A DNA stretch of 64,000 bases from Iphione sp. A-MEVVRFRX5 (GCA_976226885.1 OZ320318.1:39928001-39992000), one strand, 5' to 3'. Counted from the stretch's first letter, positions 26,001 to 40,159 are shown. Numbers and translations are program-made. Notes: generated from the sequence alone by a model not told the origin.

Positions 26001-29000
26001 AGCTGCCAAAAATGATGCCAAAACGCTGATAGACATGGATACACACCTATGGGAAATTAGACATGTCCCATTCCAAAAGCATGCTACTCAGAAACACAGA
26101 ACATGCTACATGGATACATGGATACACTCCTACTGTTATCCCATATTCCCCCAAACATACACGGACATGTGCTACACACAGGCATAGGTGCTTGGAAATT
26201 CTGCCTTTTGTCTTTTGCTGGAAGTATCCATATAGTGCAGGGATTTAACTTGCTTCCTGACCTTCATGCACTATCAAGAGAACTTTTGTTTCTGCACTCT
26301 AATTTATGACAAAGAATACCAATGAGAAAGTATGTAATTTACCACCAACTCTATACTAATGACCCGGCGGCGCTTGGTGGCTATTTTACCTCTGATTTCC
26401 GGCAGAAGTAATGAGTGACTCGTTAATTGGTTCCGACCCAATTAAGAGCTATTGTGTGTGATATAGTAGTTTTGTTGGTCGGTAGGTCACATACGTTGCC
26501 CATCAGCCCTCATAATCCTTGAACTGGAGTCTCGACAATAAACCGTGGATTTATAGTTTATCAGACACGTACATATCATACATTCAATACGCATCAGCTT
26601 GCAAGTATATGTGGGTCTTGGCCACCGTTTGGTTTAGTTTCATACTGAAAGTGGAAACCTGGGATATGCGAATTATCAGAATAATTAACCATATAACCTA
26701 AATAATAATAATAGGAAACCTTGATAACAAGAAAATAAGAGCCATTCGCAGGGGAATTCCAAAGCGAATTCTACTGGGGAGATTCTACAACTTTAGTAGC
26801 TCTTCTGCTCCAATCTCTCAAAGGTTGTTGCGTTTTATTTGGTGCACCGTTTTCCTGTAAGGTCACTACTTAGTTGTTCTGAGTCAACTGGGTCTCTGCT
26901 AGATTAATGAGTCGAGACTGGTCGAGTTGGATGATTGTGGCAAATTTAATTTCCCAGGGGGAGTTCAAGCAGTGAAAGTAAAACGTATTACGCAGATGAA
27001 TAACCGTTATTCCTATGGCCATGAGTGGTAGTTTCAAACGAAGTATAGGAATGCGTGACAGAGTTGTGATAGCAGGAGGAGATTGTAACTGTACTCAGAC
27101 CAACTATGCTTAAAAAATGCACGCGTGGGTTTTCTTTGGTCTAAAAAATATAATGTGCATGTGACATTACATGCTTGTTCTAGTCACCCATTTCTAAAGT
27201 GCAGTCTATTATATTCCACTGTTTTTTAACATCCAATAGTTTTTTTTCTTGAAGGTTATAATAGTGACAAACTTTATTACAGGGAAGTATCATAATTCAG
27301 TTCTAGATTCTTGCAAATGATACGGTGTAGTTAATTGAAACTCACCATGTGTTTTAGCCTGTTAATGTCGGAAACGTAGGGCCTATACAAGACTAACACT
27401 GCCAGATGCAATATACAAAATGTCCAAGAGATTTATGGTCCATAACTGTCATCGCGGATATCGTTCATGGGGAAGTTAAATCAAAGGAATGAAAAAAAAA
27501 GATAAATGCTTTGAGACGAAAGTGTCATCTTTGATATTCTGTAGTTATAATTATGGTAAGACCTATTTTCCCAGTGTACATGTACACGTATACTGCCTAC
27601 TCGTGCATTTCTGAATCTCTGTGTCAGTTTCATATATCATTTAAATCTGTCAACATGATACCTGTTTCCTTTTTCATTATATCTATTTTTACTTGCATAA
27701 GTCCGACAACAACATTATGCATCAATGTGGAACACCCCTATTAACATGTACAATTCGAAATCGAGAACCTTAAGAAACACTTACGGGTATAGTGAATTGT
27801 TATTAGCAGCTGACTATTAAGATTATCCGTTAATACGTTGACATACTCCTCTGATTTCCAGAACGAAAATTCATACTGCACTATATTTAGGAGCGTCCTA
27901 AATTTACTTTTGACTACATTCAGGAATTCTGACTTCTAGTCCCACGCGTTGTTGACGTTTAGCATGTAGCATGTGTTCTTTATCAATTCATAACGAAAAA
28001 TGGCAGGAGCTCGTCGGTAGAGGTTGAACGTTGTGGCCTCACCTGCTCATGTCGACTCCGCACTCCACATACACAGTGCCGCTTAAGCCAGATAGAAATC
28101 GGTGGCCAACCTGGCGGATGTAGCGATGACGGATGCACCTCTGCCAACTCCTCACCTCTCTGAGGCTGAGGCCCGCACCCGCATCGAAAACCTACTCACA
28201 AATGAAACCCAAGTGAAGCTGTGTTGATAACATTTCAAGGTTTCTTCCCTCAACTCGTATCCAGTGAAATCTTGTCGCTTCTTGTCAAAGAAGATTTCAG
28301 TCAGTGGACCGCTTCAAAAAGGTATTTTTCCCCTTGTATGGCAGAGTTCCCATAGTAAGCTCCCTGCCTTTCCCCGCGTCCACATGTGGTATTCAGATTG
28401 TGCTCCCATGGACATCCATTATGCAGATCCATCTTGCTAGTCCCATAAGATCAATTAAGTCATTAACCTTGTTCTGGGGTTATATTTGCAACACCTGCGG
28501 GGTCAGCCTCAAATATTCGATGCCCGCACGGGCGCACGATAAACCGGGGCACCTTCCTACTGGTGAAAGGGACGTAAAACCCTCACATATCTCACCAGTT
28601 TGGGCCAGTTTCATCTTTTTTTCAGATACAAAAATTACAACATATTTTTATATACATGAACATTCGTAAATATATGCGTGTGTACATGTATATAGAGTGT
28701 GCATTATTTATTTTTTCCACGCGGTTTTGCTATGAAATGGATGGGAGTACATGTACATGTATTTAGCTCATCCTCTCATCCCTGATATGTGTGTTATCAG
28801 CTGAGCTGCTCCTGACGCGAAGACTACCTTATGTCGACAGACAAGAAGTGGTGTTAGGAGCTTGTCGTGTACAGTACATGCTCTCTAGGGGTGCATATGT
28901 TCAGAGGCTACTCAACCCCGAGACTTGGTTATACATCCTTTGATCAGCCAAACCTTTAGCCCCCTCTCGCGCAGAGAAAGCTGACGTGATGACGATGGAC

Positions 29001-30199
29001 GGTATTAAGCACTGCCATAACCTTTTGTCCCTCCCCCCCGCCTTCCAGACAAGCGTACAATCCATTCATTGTAGCCCAAAAACCTGAGCAGGATACGTTA
29101 GAAACTTCTGTAGTATTTGATATACTGCCAAAGGGGTTAAGCGTCACTTGAATGGTTTGGGTCAAGCCTTATCAATGTACACGGGATCTTCATGTCGATA
29201 GGCCAGACATTTGTGACTACAAACCCAACTTTTAAGATCTTTCTTACTTAGAGTGTGAGTACGTACATGTATGCTTATTCATTTTAGCCCGTACCGCAAT
29301 ATTTAGTCACTACCACAATCGTTCTTCGGTGGACAAGAAATTGCTGAAGATGGAGCTGTGCTTACCTATGGAGTCTCCTTAATAATGTTAATCACTCCGA
29401 AGGGAAGCAGATCCACCTATATTCTACCTTAAATATATGTCAGTGCCAGCGAACCCAATAAAGGTTACGCTCTTTGCTACAGCTGCATCAGCAACAACGC
29501 AAACAGTCAGCGGTCGCCTGCTGGGTCTTCCTACTCACCCAGACCTGATGGTTTTGCAATGTGTTAATGCTGCCAGGTCTACTTGGCAACCTTTAGTTAA
29601 CTTTTAAGGATAGAGATGGGTGAAGAGGGGAAGTCTTCCGAAAGCTCGTGTTTAGTTAATGTGCAGGCTATTGTATTGATATTTTCATCTCGTTTATCAT
29701 TTTGGCATTACATGATGAGTGATAAAGCTATTGTTTCACAGAAAGCAGCGATCTTGTATGAAACGTTATTATTCGAGGTAGGTTTCTACGTCTTCATGTC
29801 CCGCTAGGTCTCCCTTGAGAAGCACAGATAACACAGATGTGTGTGGGGAACCCTTAGGGCCGAGCGACCTGCATTACCTGGGTATTTGTGGCCATTAACC
29901 CGTGAGCGACCAGGCAACGGATTAGGTTACTCTGGGAAAAAGGGACTTGTCTATTTGGAATCCTTAAGGCATAGAAAAAATGTCAATAATATGTACAATA
30001 TTGAATCCCTGTCCTTAGTTGATACAGAGTAGGTTGTCTGTGAATGGTATAAATCTACCTAACATTTTACCTGTTTACCCTACGTGTGCTATATTCCTTC
30101 CCTGTTTGTCCCTCTTAGTTCAGGGTTCAGTTTTCCTACGGTGAATTCTTTTTACTGGCTAAAAGAAACGTTTTTTATCAAGCATTTGCCATCAACGCT

Positions 30200-31350
30200 T
30201 CAAAAAATTCTTCATTCTGTTGAAGCTGTGACCACCACCTTTTAGCCACATGCGACCAATCAAGTGAACTTCCCCTTTGCGGCAGCTAGGTAAACTGGTG
30301 CATTGGGGTCACTCGTCTCTGGTATTATGAACGGACTGCAGCGATCCACATGTCTACTAATGGAGGCTAAGATCAATCGACTTACTCTTGGGAATAGCGT
30401 TTACTGTTAGGCAAGGTGCAAATAAGGCATTTCCCAACATGAAGCGTACAATCACCAACTGGAGTCAGTTCAATCACACAGGATGTCATTGATCTGTGGA
30501 TGAAATACCCATCAATATGTACCTATCCCCTCCAAAATAGGAAAGGGATTATAGAGATATTCACTTGAAGTGCATAATGTCAGGTTTAACTAATAATCAA
30601 AAGATATAATAAGTTGCAAAAAACATCGTCCCAAACTACATGTGCAGGTGGTTAGTATGCAAGTGTGTACATGTACAGTACCAACTCACCTTGTGGGCAA
30701 CTCGACTAGGAGAGCAACTCAGGATTAAGGGCAAGTTTGGTTGGTCCCTATGGTTTATTAGTAGAGAGAAGGTCCTGAGATCTCTCGAGCCAGCGATGAC
30801 CAGCACTCTGCCTCTACCGGGTGCTCCCAGTTGGAGTTGATCTGATAAGCAGTCAGGTGGCCAGGAATCCAGTCGGTGTTAGAATCAATCAATCAAGTGG
30901 CCAGATTAGGTTCCTACACTCACCCCTATGGCTTAATTTTAGTTAAAGTCTTTTTACAAATTACACGTTCTCCACAGTTATGGCTCAGTTTCTGCAAATT
31001 TCCAGAAGAGTCTCAGGGTGTCTGACCTCCACATTGCAGCTTACAACTTAATGTTCCACTTGTTGTACTAACTTATACAGCATCAGTTTGACCAAGCTGG
31101 CTACATCCAACGTTCAGGTGCTGGCCAAAGCAGCAAGTGGCCCACCTTCTCAACGCCAATTACGACATTAGGTAAATCTGCCTTGCCCTTAGCCTTACTC
31201 GCCCCTCTCCTCCCCTTTTTTCTGCCTCTACGATTAACTTCCTACCAACTGACCAGAGCTGGTGGCATCGAGGAGAACTGGCCAACCGCAGAAACCACTG
31301 ATGTATGCATAGGGAAGGAGTTCAACCGATGTATTGTTACTGAGCAGGCC
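30200..31350 (+). mobile_element. Decayed RTE-like LINE fragment
   Basis: Plus frames give FTVRQG, RINQSSG...HSYGS, SNVQVLAKA and ELVASRRTGQP in the RTE order. Confidence 0.4.
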
Positions 31351-31909
31351 ACCTCAAGTTCAGTTAGCCATGATGATCGTTTTGCAGATAAAAGTGACCC
31401 GGAATATCTCAGAAAGTGTAAAAGACCACCCAGCGATGAATACAATAGTTACGAATGCAAGTGACAATAACAAACAGAAAACTACTGGGAGTCGTATTCA
31501 TACTTGTTGCAAGACATGAGGTTTCACAAAAAAGGAAGGTACAGCAAACCTTTCAAATGTTTCAATTTAAATTCAGTTTATTGAGCCGATATTTTCCCTA
31601 AATAGGTTTTCTGAATAGCACTTAATATGAATATGAAATATCTTTCCTGAAGAATAAGATGTTAACTTTTCTCTTTTATGACCAGTGCATTTAACATGTA
31701 CATACATATACAGGCATATATCAGACGTCCGTTTCAGTACCATGCTATTTTTGTGTGGTTTCCCGGAAATCCAGCTGAGGGATACGAGCTAGAGTCCTTT
31801 CACCCCACGCGATTTATACCCAAGTGCTTGAGCAACCGTAAAGTCAAGAAATCCCACTATCTAAAGACAAGGCCCAAGTAGGGAAGCATTACTTTAAGGC
31901 CGTTCTTAA

Positions 31910-32237
31910 GGCGTAAAAAAGTTCTGTGTTTCCGGTAACAGGCTGAGAAATAGGGGGTGGGTCGGTAGGTGACTTTTTGCAATTTTTCTTTTTTCTCCAT
32001 TCGTATTCACAGCTACAAATGTATGTGGTTATATCACTTCTGCTGGTTGGATGAAAATGAAACAGGTATCATATGAAAGCTAATGATGTAAGGAACAAAG
32101 TGGTACATAGTAGGATACTCTGTCACTATCCATTCCAAAGATATTCACAAAACGAAAACATAAAAAATAAAACATTCCATATGCACCAAAATTAGGGTCT
32201 GTTTGGTGACAGGAAACACAGGTATATTTTATAGGCC
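31910..32237 (+). mobile_element. Non-autonomous DNA transposon (MITE) with degenerate TIRs; TTAA left flank, Kolobok-like
   Basis: TTAA|GGCGTAAAAAAGTTCTGTGTTTCCGGTAAC ... GTGACAGGAAACACAGGTATATTTTATAGGCC|TAAT; the two ends are imperfect reverse complements. Confidence 0.55.
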
Positions 32238-32299
32238 TAATTTGCAGATTCTACGTTTGCGCAACAGCATCATATATGGCCCCTACAGTACACCTGTGT

Positions 32300-33300
32300 A
32301 GTTTACCAGCGGTTTTCCTATCTTTATGGGTCCACGAAGCTAAGTTGTTTGTAAGTAGGCACAGAGGATAAAAGAAGTTGCTCTGATATAACTTTGAATG
32401 GTATGAGAAACCCATAAGAGAGCGATATCTGTTGCAGAGAAAATACTGTAGCCAGTCTCGTCTATTGGCTGTTCCTGGTACTTGGCTGTGGATTATGAGG
32501 GCAACATGCCAGAGATTGCACTAGCACTAACCCTTGACCGCAGTTAAAAGGCTAACGTTGGTCTATCTAAATGATCCGTGGGTTGAAAGCGCGCCTACTC
32601 CCGTTACTTGTAAGCTCTGCCTTGTGCGCATGCCATGCACCAAGTTCAACAAGTGTGGAAAAACAAGGAAGTTGTGAGTGCAAAGGAAGACTCCACAGTC
32701 TTTCACCTGTAGTGAAACAAATGTTTTGAGAAGGGATATTACTGTCTGTGGTATTCCTTAGGTAACTGCCACTGTGCATTAGCACTGGAGATATTTATAT
32801 TAAAGGTAGAATTACTATGTGTAGGAATCTGTCCTTGAAAATAAAAAAAATCGCATCTAACAAGACCAGACAAACGTTATGGGCTAACGAGTCTTTGAAT
32901 GGCTTTAGAAAAAATCAAAGACAAATGTATGGATGATGTTCTTTATTCAAGTGGGAACTGAAAATAGTGTCGCCGCGACATTTGAAGTCTATGGACAATG
33001 TGAATCTGAATGAAATCTGAATAATGTGCTCCCTTTCCTGGCACCAAGTGTTTGGCCATGGAGGATTAGAACAAAGAACCGGTGGCAATTTGAATGATGT
33101 GGGCAAATGCTCCGTGTTTCCCCCAGATAAAATAAGAAATAAAAGCGGGATTAATCTTGCTATAGGTCCCTTAGTCAAATATTTCTTCGCGTTATTTGCA
33201 TAAGTTCTTTCTATCCATCTAATTTTGAAAACATTCTGTCCACATGCCAAAATACCTTTTGGGTCTCAGCGACATTCTCTCTTGCTCTTGGTTACACATA
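32300..33300 (-). mobile_element. Decayed Tx1-like LINE C-terminal fragment
   Basis: VFKIRWIERTY...RLIPLLFLILSGGN resembles the Tx1 'LKISWIKRL...WKxIP...GG' segment; AFNPRII is 'QFKILHRI'-like. Confidence 0.38.
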
Positions 33301-34432
33301 GGAGCTTGAGGTGAATCGACCGCACTATATTATGAACGCTTCCCTTCTAGACTTTACGAGCACTTTCTCTGATCCTGAGGCACCAGGTGTGGAAAGCTTC
33401 GTGTACAAGTCGGTGTATCATGGCAAAGCCCGGGCCAGGGCGCTCTCGGTTAGAGATTGAAGCTCATCTGTCATCTTGTTGTGGGTTGGATGTCCGATTT
33501 AAACACCAGGTGGTGTGGCTGCGTATCACGTGGTAGGAAAGCAGGCCACTGCATTACCAAGCGGCTAACCGCGGTTTGCGTTGCTATATTGAGATGGCGA
33601 ACATCCAACCGACTTTCATTCATGGCTGGGAACAAACTCACCATGGATATTTACAGCACTGTTCTAAGAGACTGACTCTGAGCTACAAAGGACAATATCG
33701 CATAAAGTTAATATACAGTTCAAAAACGAGTGTGATACATGTATGTCCGAATATTATTGCTCTGCCCATATTGAATGCTTTATTTGCTTTATTTAATATA
33801 TTCTGGTTGTCGTTAACATAAACAACAAGCTATGGTTATTCTGTTTATTGGAAATGTCTCATCAATTTGCGCCATCTAATAGATACGCTGCATTTTTCAG
33901 GATTTTTACAAGATTAATGTTGTGCAAGGATGTAAGGAGAAGGTTTTTCCCAAAATTGTCTTTTCAATATGTTTTTCTTTCTGGTGCCTGCAGAATTCTT
34001 TCCTTGAACGACAACTCTGCCCTATGTTCGGTCATGTTTTTAATCCTGTAACCTTTAAAGTTAAAGCCCTCCGTGAATCCTCCGGTCATTAAGCCTGCAA
34101 ATCTACTCAGACAGCGGGAAACATTTGTAGAGCACCCTCGTATGGTTGTGTGAGCAATATACAAACTACCAACATGATAGACGTAATAGGCGACTAAACC
34201 TTTATTGATCACAAGAAAACTCTTTATGCAGTTGTTGAATGTAAGAGTGTTGAGTTTTTATCGTATGTTTTCATGTTCTTGGTGTCTGAAATACATACCT
34301 GTTTCCGCAAGACTGTGTGTCGTACACAAGTACTTTCACACACCGACGTATAAAAGACTGATGTGTAGCGGATAGTGTCTCTTCAGGTATCATTGTCCCT
34401 TTAATTTAATGGGGTTATGCTTGTCTTTGCAG

Positions 34433-34607
34433 GTGCCAGATGGTGGTCGATCCATGTGTACGCACGGAGGCGGCAGTGGCGGGGCTGGCGGCGGGCCGGA
34501 CGGCAGCAGTCCAGGCAGTGCCTCTCTGGACGTGCCCAACTCACCGCTCATGAAGTCGATCTCCACCCCGTCCATACCTTCAATGAAGGAAGAGGGGAAA
34601 CACAAAG
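34433..34607 (+). CDS. AKAP13: Shared exon (VPDGGRSMC...LMKSISTPSIPSMKEEGKHK)
   Basis: ttgtctttgcag| acceptor, AAG|GTATGC donor, phase 0 to 1; the MKSIS motif resembles the TKSIS motif upstream of the C1 domain in AKAP13. Confidence 0.85.
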
Positions 34608-34828
34608 GTATGCTCCTATGGGTCTCAGGCAAAATACGCCGTTCGAAGTACCACTGAGATAGACAAACGTATCAGGTTCCTATCTTTTATATTGCTTCTC
34701 AGGTCATGTATCTTCTTGCACTATCACTACTGTCGTACCCGTTTGGGATAAACATTTCACAGTAATTACATTTTATTTGGGATTTGTAATTATTGAACTG
34801 AAAAAAAGTTTTTCTTCCGGCTCAACAG

Positions 34829-34877
34829 ATGGCGGGCATGCTGGAGTTACCTCTGAGGGAGCACAGGAAGACTCCAG
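34829..34877 (+). CDS. AKAP13: 49-nt exon (DGGHAGVTSEGAQEDS)
   Basis: ctcaacag| and CAG|GTTAGT; phase 1 to 2, needed to connect 34607 with 37731 in frame. Confidence 0.75.
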
Positions 34878-35911
34878 GTTAGTACAGATAATTTCTTAAT
34901 GAATGATGTGGCCAAAGGAATATCACCTTTCTGTATATTGATATTTTGCAAGTTCTTTCTGCTGTTTCCATGTCAAACAGATATTCTCGATTGGACTTGG
35001 TCTTTCGCACTCAGTGGTATATATTCAAATATGGTAAATACATCACTGTATCCATATGATATAGTATCTTTCCACGAGACATTTCATGATATTTGTGTTA
35101 GATTTAAATACAAGGAACAAATCGTAATCATGTACTTGATTTTAAGTTCTCACAAAAATGAAAGAGGATCTTTGCAACCGTCTGTTTGAATATGTTTAGC
35201 TGATAGATAAAATCTAAGTTATTGAGAATATGAGTTTGATAGGACTTTTTGTTCTGATTTGTTTAAATGTTGGGGTCAAAAACATGAGCGTGTGTTTTAT
35301 TTTAAAGGGTTTATTTCTATGATGAAAACAGGAGATTTCATTGTAGCACCTGCTCTATTTCTTGCAGCCAATCCACTCAGAGTCACCTTCTAATACAAAA
35401 GCTAGTAGAAGAGCACGAGTGAGTTGTCCAAAATACCACGCATTGTTTTTGTCAGGCACCTGTAAATGTTGTCCTTATTGCTGTTGCCAACCGACGGCTG
35501 TGATTCCTAGTGTACCCAAACTATGTTGTTAAAACCTCTAAGACAGACAGACGCATGTTAATTAAGTGTCTAACATGGATACTGCACGCTTGCACACTGC
35601 AAGGACGGTTTGCAACAAGGCTCTATGTTCTGAACGCCTATGGAGGTTTTGAGTTGCAGGCATATGGGGAAAGGAGCACAGCTAACTCTGCACAGCTTGA
35701 CATCTTTTATGATCGATTTTTGGTTACTAATACAATATCACACTAAGTATTAGAGTAGCATCAAAGATGGATAGATCCTATTGCCATCTGGCTCCCCCCA
35801 ACATCCCTCCAAACTCGTGTGTCTTCTGTGCCGTTTGCCTTGTCGTTCTGCATGTAATCTTACTCTAAGGCATGTCATGAAGCATGTGTCAGTGAACAGG
35901 ATGTACGTCGT

Positions 35912-35971
35912 TGACGTCATATGACGTCACGTGCTGATAGGACGACCGACATCCCCCCATCACACCTATAA
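35912..35971 (+). promoter_or_regulatory. Tandem CRE-CRE-E-box followed by a TATA-like element (candidate internal promoter)
   Basis: TGACGTCA at 35912 and 35922, overlapping CACGTG at 35928, TATAA at 35967. Confidence 0.45.
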
Positions 35972-37730
35972 CCATTGCGCCCGGCCTTCCGACGTACAGC
36001 TATTCCGCACCCTGCTTCGTTATCTCATCCGAGGCTTTGGTATCAGGGGCCGTACCGACTAACCGCCCAAGAAGGAGCCTTGGTTTGTTTCTCTACCTTT
36101 GGAAAGGTATTTTCCCCGAGAGGCATTCCAACACTGAAGCCGACCCCCAAAATATGAGCTGTTGTAGAGAGCGGAATCTCAATTGTTTCGTGGACCTTCT
36201 TCTGACTCAGTTTGCACGTTTAGAACTATACATGTACGTAATTTGAGTTTAAGGTGTTAACCTGTCAGTCTTTTGTTTTGTCTTTAGTTATCCGTCCTTT
36301 ACTGGTAATTAGTAGCAATTATGAATGTATTGCTCGTGTCCACTCATGCCTGAGACAATCACTCACAAATAAGGAGACGGAAAACAAGACAAAAGGACAA
36401 TCAATGCGGCAGAGCATTTAATTTGCCCATTAAAGACATTTATTCGCGATGAACGAACAGGGAATGTTCTAGTCTTTAGCAGTATTTGCTTCAGATGCTA
36501 GGGTTTGCCACAAAATGTTCTGCTCTCTGCTACGTTCCATTTTCGTTTAATAATTTATACTGTGTATTTTGCCAGTGGCTACAAAATATTGTCTCTGTGG
36601 CTGGCTAGGGACTAAGTTCTATTCCTCTCTTTCATCACTTTAACTTCTTGGCCATTCCCTTCAGTCTTCTCCGAACTTCTCGATTTCCCCTCCATTATAT
36701 TTTTCACGTAGTAAATGATCTTAATCTCTGTAATTTTCAGGCTGCTTTGCAGGCCAGTTTCAAGGTGCCAAGACTTTTTATGGGTTTTCTCTGCTAAAGC
36801 ATACATAAATAATGTCTTTTTCACTGTGCCTAGTGACATCCCATTCCTTTCATAGCAAGCAGTTACGTGTGTACCCATTATATGAGCAATTTTATAAATT
36901 TATTATAGCTCTCCTCAATTTTCATGGGTGTTCGAGTTACTGAATGGCATGATAAACACAAATGGAACGTACTTGAATCACATCGAATGAACAAGGACAC
37001 TGACTGCCATAAGTGTTTCTCCCTCTTTGTCCGGTGCTCTTCAATACGATTACCGATGCCTTCGAAAACACTAATGCTTTGTGGGAAGGCTGCAGTATTA
37101 ATATGTGACTGTGATCATTCTGTGCATAGCCTATCCACGGCAATCATATGATATACACGCCAGTTCTACCTTTCTTTCCAAAGACATCATGGGCGTATAC
37201 GGCATTTTCACACAGTCTCTTGTACATATCTGTATATATATACATATTTGTAATCCCTTGTAAAGCTTCTGTATAAGGTACTTATAATTTCTGTGCTGAC
37301 ATTAGTCGGGTTAATATGTCCACGGGAGGAGAAAAGAAGTACGTAGTCGCTCACGTACTCATAGGCACCATTTAATCCACATCTCCTACGATTTAATTTC
37401 GTTCAATTTATACTAAAGCTACCTTGTGTCCATTTGTCCTGTACCGTTTGATGACGTCATCAATGCTTGCAGTTCTAGGAACCCCCCCCCCCCCACGGCC
37501 ACCTATCATTTCTCAGTATGTACCTGTTGACCTAGTAGCAAAATCCTGAGCTCAAGCTTTAAGTTCCCGTTGTGATTTTAAGTGTACTACTCCACCTAAT
37601 AATATTGGCTTTACTAGTGTTTTTGCCGGTGTTAACTTTCCAACCCCAATACAAACCCCCGCACTTATAGCTCACCTTTACTAGCGTGTAAGTTGCCTGC
37701 GTGCACCTGTGCATTAACCTTATTTTGTAG

Positions 37731-37850
37731 TGCCCAAGCGGCCCGTGCCGACGACGAGGACCCGGATGAGGACGAGGTACTCAACACTTTCCTCCAACAA
37801 GAGATACGACCCAGCTCGGCACGAATGTCCATGATTGAGTTCCTTAACGA
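37731..37850 (+). CDS. AKAP13: 120-nt exon (AQAARADDEDPDEDEV...SMIEFLN)
   Basis: tattttgtag| acceptor, GA|GTAGGC donor; phase 2-2; only that frame is open across the exon. Confidence 0.8.
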
Positions 37851-40159
37851 GTAGGCACAGTTTGGCTTTTATGTTTTCGCTTCCCACTTAGTTTCCGTAC
37901 TTTATTTCTAAATGCCTTCTCAACGTTTGCATTTTGTCGGATGATTTAAACTCTTTACTCCTGTGTTATCTATGCTTCCCTTAATATTAAAGCGAAAAAA
38001 TGGCACATACCTCCTCCTATATTCTTTCTATTAAACAGAGGGGAAGTCACCTGCTTTATGAGTGAATCCATGTCCAAATTGAGAAATTTTCATGTTTTCA
38101 CGTTTCCCATTCGTCCAACGGGGGATAGCTTTCGTTCACGTTTCTGGAGTGCGATTTAAAATGTTGTGTTCATAAGAATAAAGCAGGTCATTGAACCCTG
38201 ATTGTACAAAGTGAGTACATGTGTCTTAATAGTTCCTTACAACTTAGTCCCTACTTAATTATTTAGTATCATTTATCGCTATCTTTATATCGTATATATA
38301 TACATACACCATTATTTATAAGGATCCTCTCCTCATTCTATCGTATCATCTCCAGTTCCGTGATTTCTGCCTTTATGTGATTTTCACAAACGAGAACGGT
38401 CTTTGTGTTGTTCTTCAAATCTGCCTTGTTACACGGAATGTTCGATGTCAATAATTGGGAGGTATCATTTTGTCAGGATGAATCGATGGATTCGTGATCG
38501 TAAGAACCGCGTACATGAGATCTCAGTCAGGAGTAATTTGTTGAGGGAGAGTTTACAAGTTGTTTTTTAAAGAGCTTATTTCGTATTTTTTTGGAACAGA
38601 TTCCATATGTCCGTCCTTATGTATATGTACATTTTCATATTGGTTGAAGGAAATGGACTACCCATACAAAAATCTAAAAATTGCGTAAGAAAATACACGA
38701 AAACAATACTATTAGACGAGAAAATTACCCCAAAATGTGTGGTGGGACCTCATTTTGGCCCTGCTTGTTGAGAGAGGCGTAAGGACTTGCTTCACGTTCT
38801 CTGTTTTCTCTCTCAGCCATTACGATAAGAAGTACATGTAGCTCCGACGTTCACAGCCCTACTCCCGCGAATTCTTAGTGTATTGCTTTCCCCATTACAA
38901 ATTTGAGCTGACCCATTAGAGTGCCCAGTGCCTTCACCTGAGCGGATACATCCTGGAAATACCTGATAAGTATTGGTCAGTGCGTTCTTACATGGGCTTC
39001 TTAGACGAGAACCTCTCCACATCTCATTTGTCCGTTCCGGAGGGGCTCGGCGGCCATCCGTCCCTCTTTGCGCTGGCCTTGCCATCACGGACACTCTTAG
39101 TCTGAGACGTGCTATAAATAGATAGCATCCGAGTGGTGCCCTCTATGGGGTAAATAATGAAACTGTCAGGTACAAGCCGACCTGGTCGGAACAACATCAA
39201 TGGTGCTGTACGTGACTTGCATGTCCAGATACGACCATGACCTTGATATCACAAGGTGCTGAAAACAGATCGGGCATCGGGCGGTAGGATTCTTTTTCCT
39301 GCCTCTTATGGTCATGCCATTATTAAAACTACTTATGAACCGTATTTGCTTTCGGACCAAAATTATACAGACTCAATGGAAATGAATTAAAATAATTAGC
39401 TGCAATCAGTATTGCATTTTATTTAATTCCTCTCATCCTAGTCATTATAATGAAGACACGCCCTATTGTCTTTGGACTCAATTTATTCAGATTATCTTAT
39501 CAAGGGACCCGCGTGCCAGGCCAGTCTACAGGCAAGTTACTCGCAACGTAGCCCCTCTTAACTTCGGGAAAGGCTCCATTCCTATCAGCAAAGTGAGGTG
39601 GACGAAAGATAAACCATAATAATTGTATACATTTACTTCGACTAGACGTTCACTTCACAAAGATGAAATAGGAACATTGCCCTCTGCCCTGTACTGTGTG
39701 ACCTATTTTGAGCAGACGACACCATATTTGATGTGAGGTATATTTTGAAGTTTGATATACTTGCCTGTCCATGTGGCCAGAATGTAATGTTTCCTTCCAA
39801 TATTTGTTTTGAAAAAAATATTAGCCAATGTTATGGAACTTGGTATCCCTTCCCGCCATAAGATTGGTCGTGGTTACCCGCCCCTATAAATAATTGTTAT
39901 GGTGCCAACCATATATGAGGACCACCTTGACAACAACGTTGTAAATTTGAAGAGAACTGGGGTGTAGGTCGTCAGGGAGGCCCGTGGCTGGTGCACAATA
40001 GCTTCAATACTAACAAACACATGCACATGATATTTGCATGCATACGTCAACGTGCTATCTATATCAAGGCATGCATCATGTGACCTTTGTTGATTACTGA
40101 ATGCATCTTTAGCCCTTTGATAACAACACATGTTGATAATGCAATGCAGTAAACGACAT

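Noticed and set aside
28005-28076. tRNA-like A-box (AGCTCGTCGGTAGAG) and B-box-like GTCGACTCC
   Set aside because: No acceptor, anticodon or T stems can be paired; at best a highly decayed SINE head.
27900-28670. Possible Harbinger/DDE transposase remnant on the minus strand
   Set aside because: Only faint motif resemblance with many stops; not supportable without a profile search.
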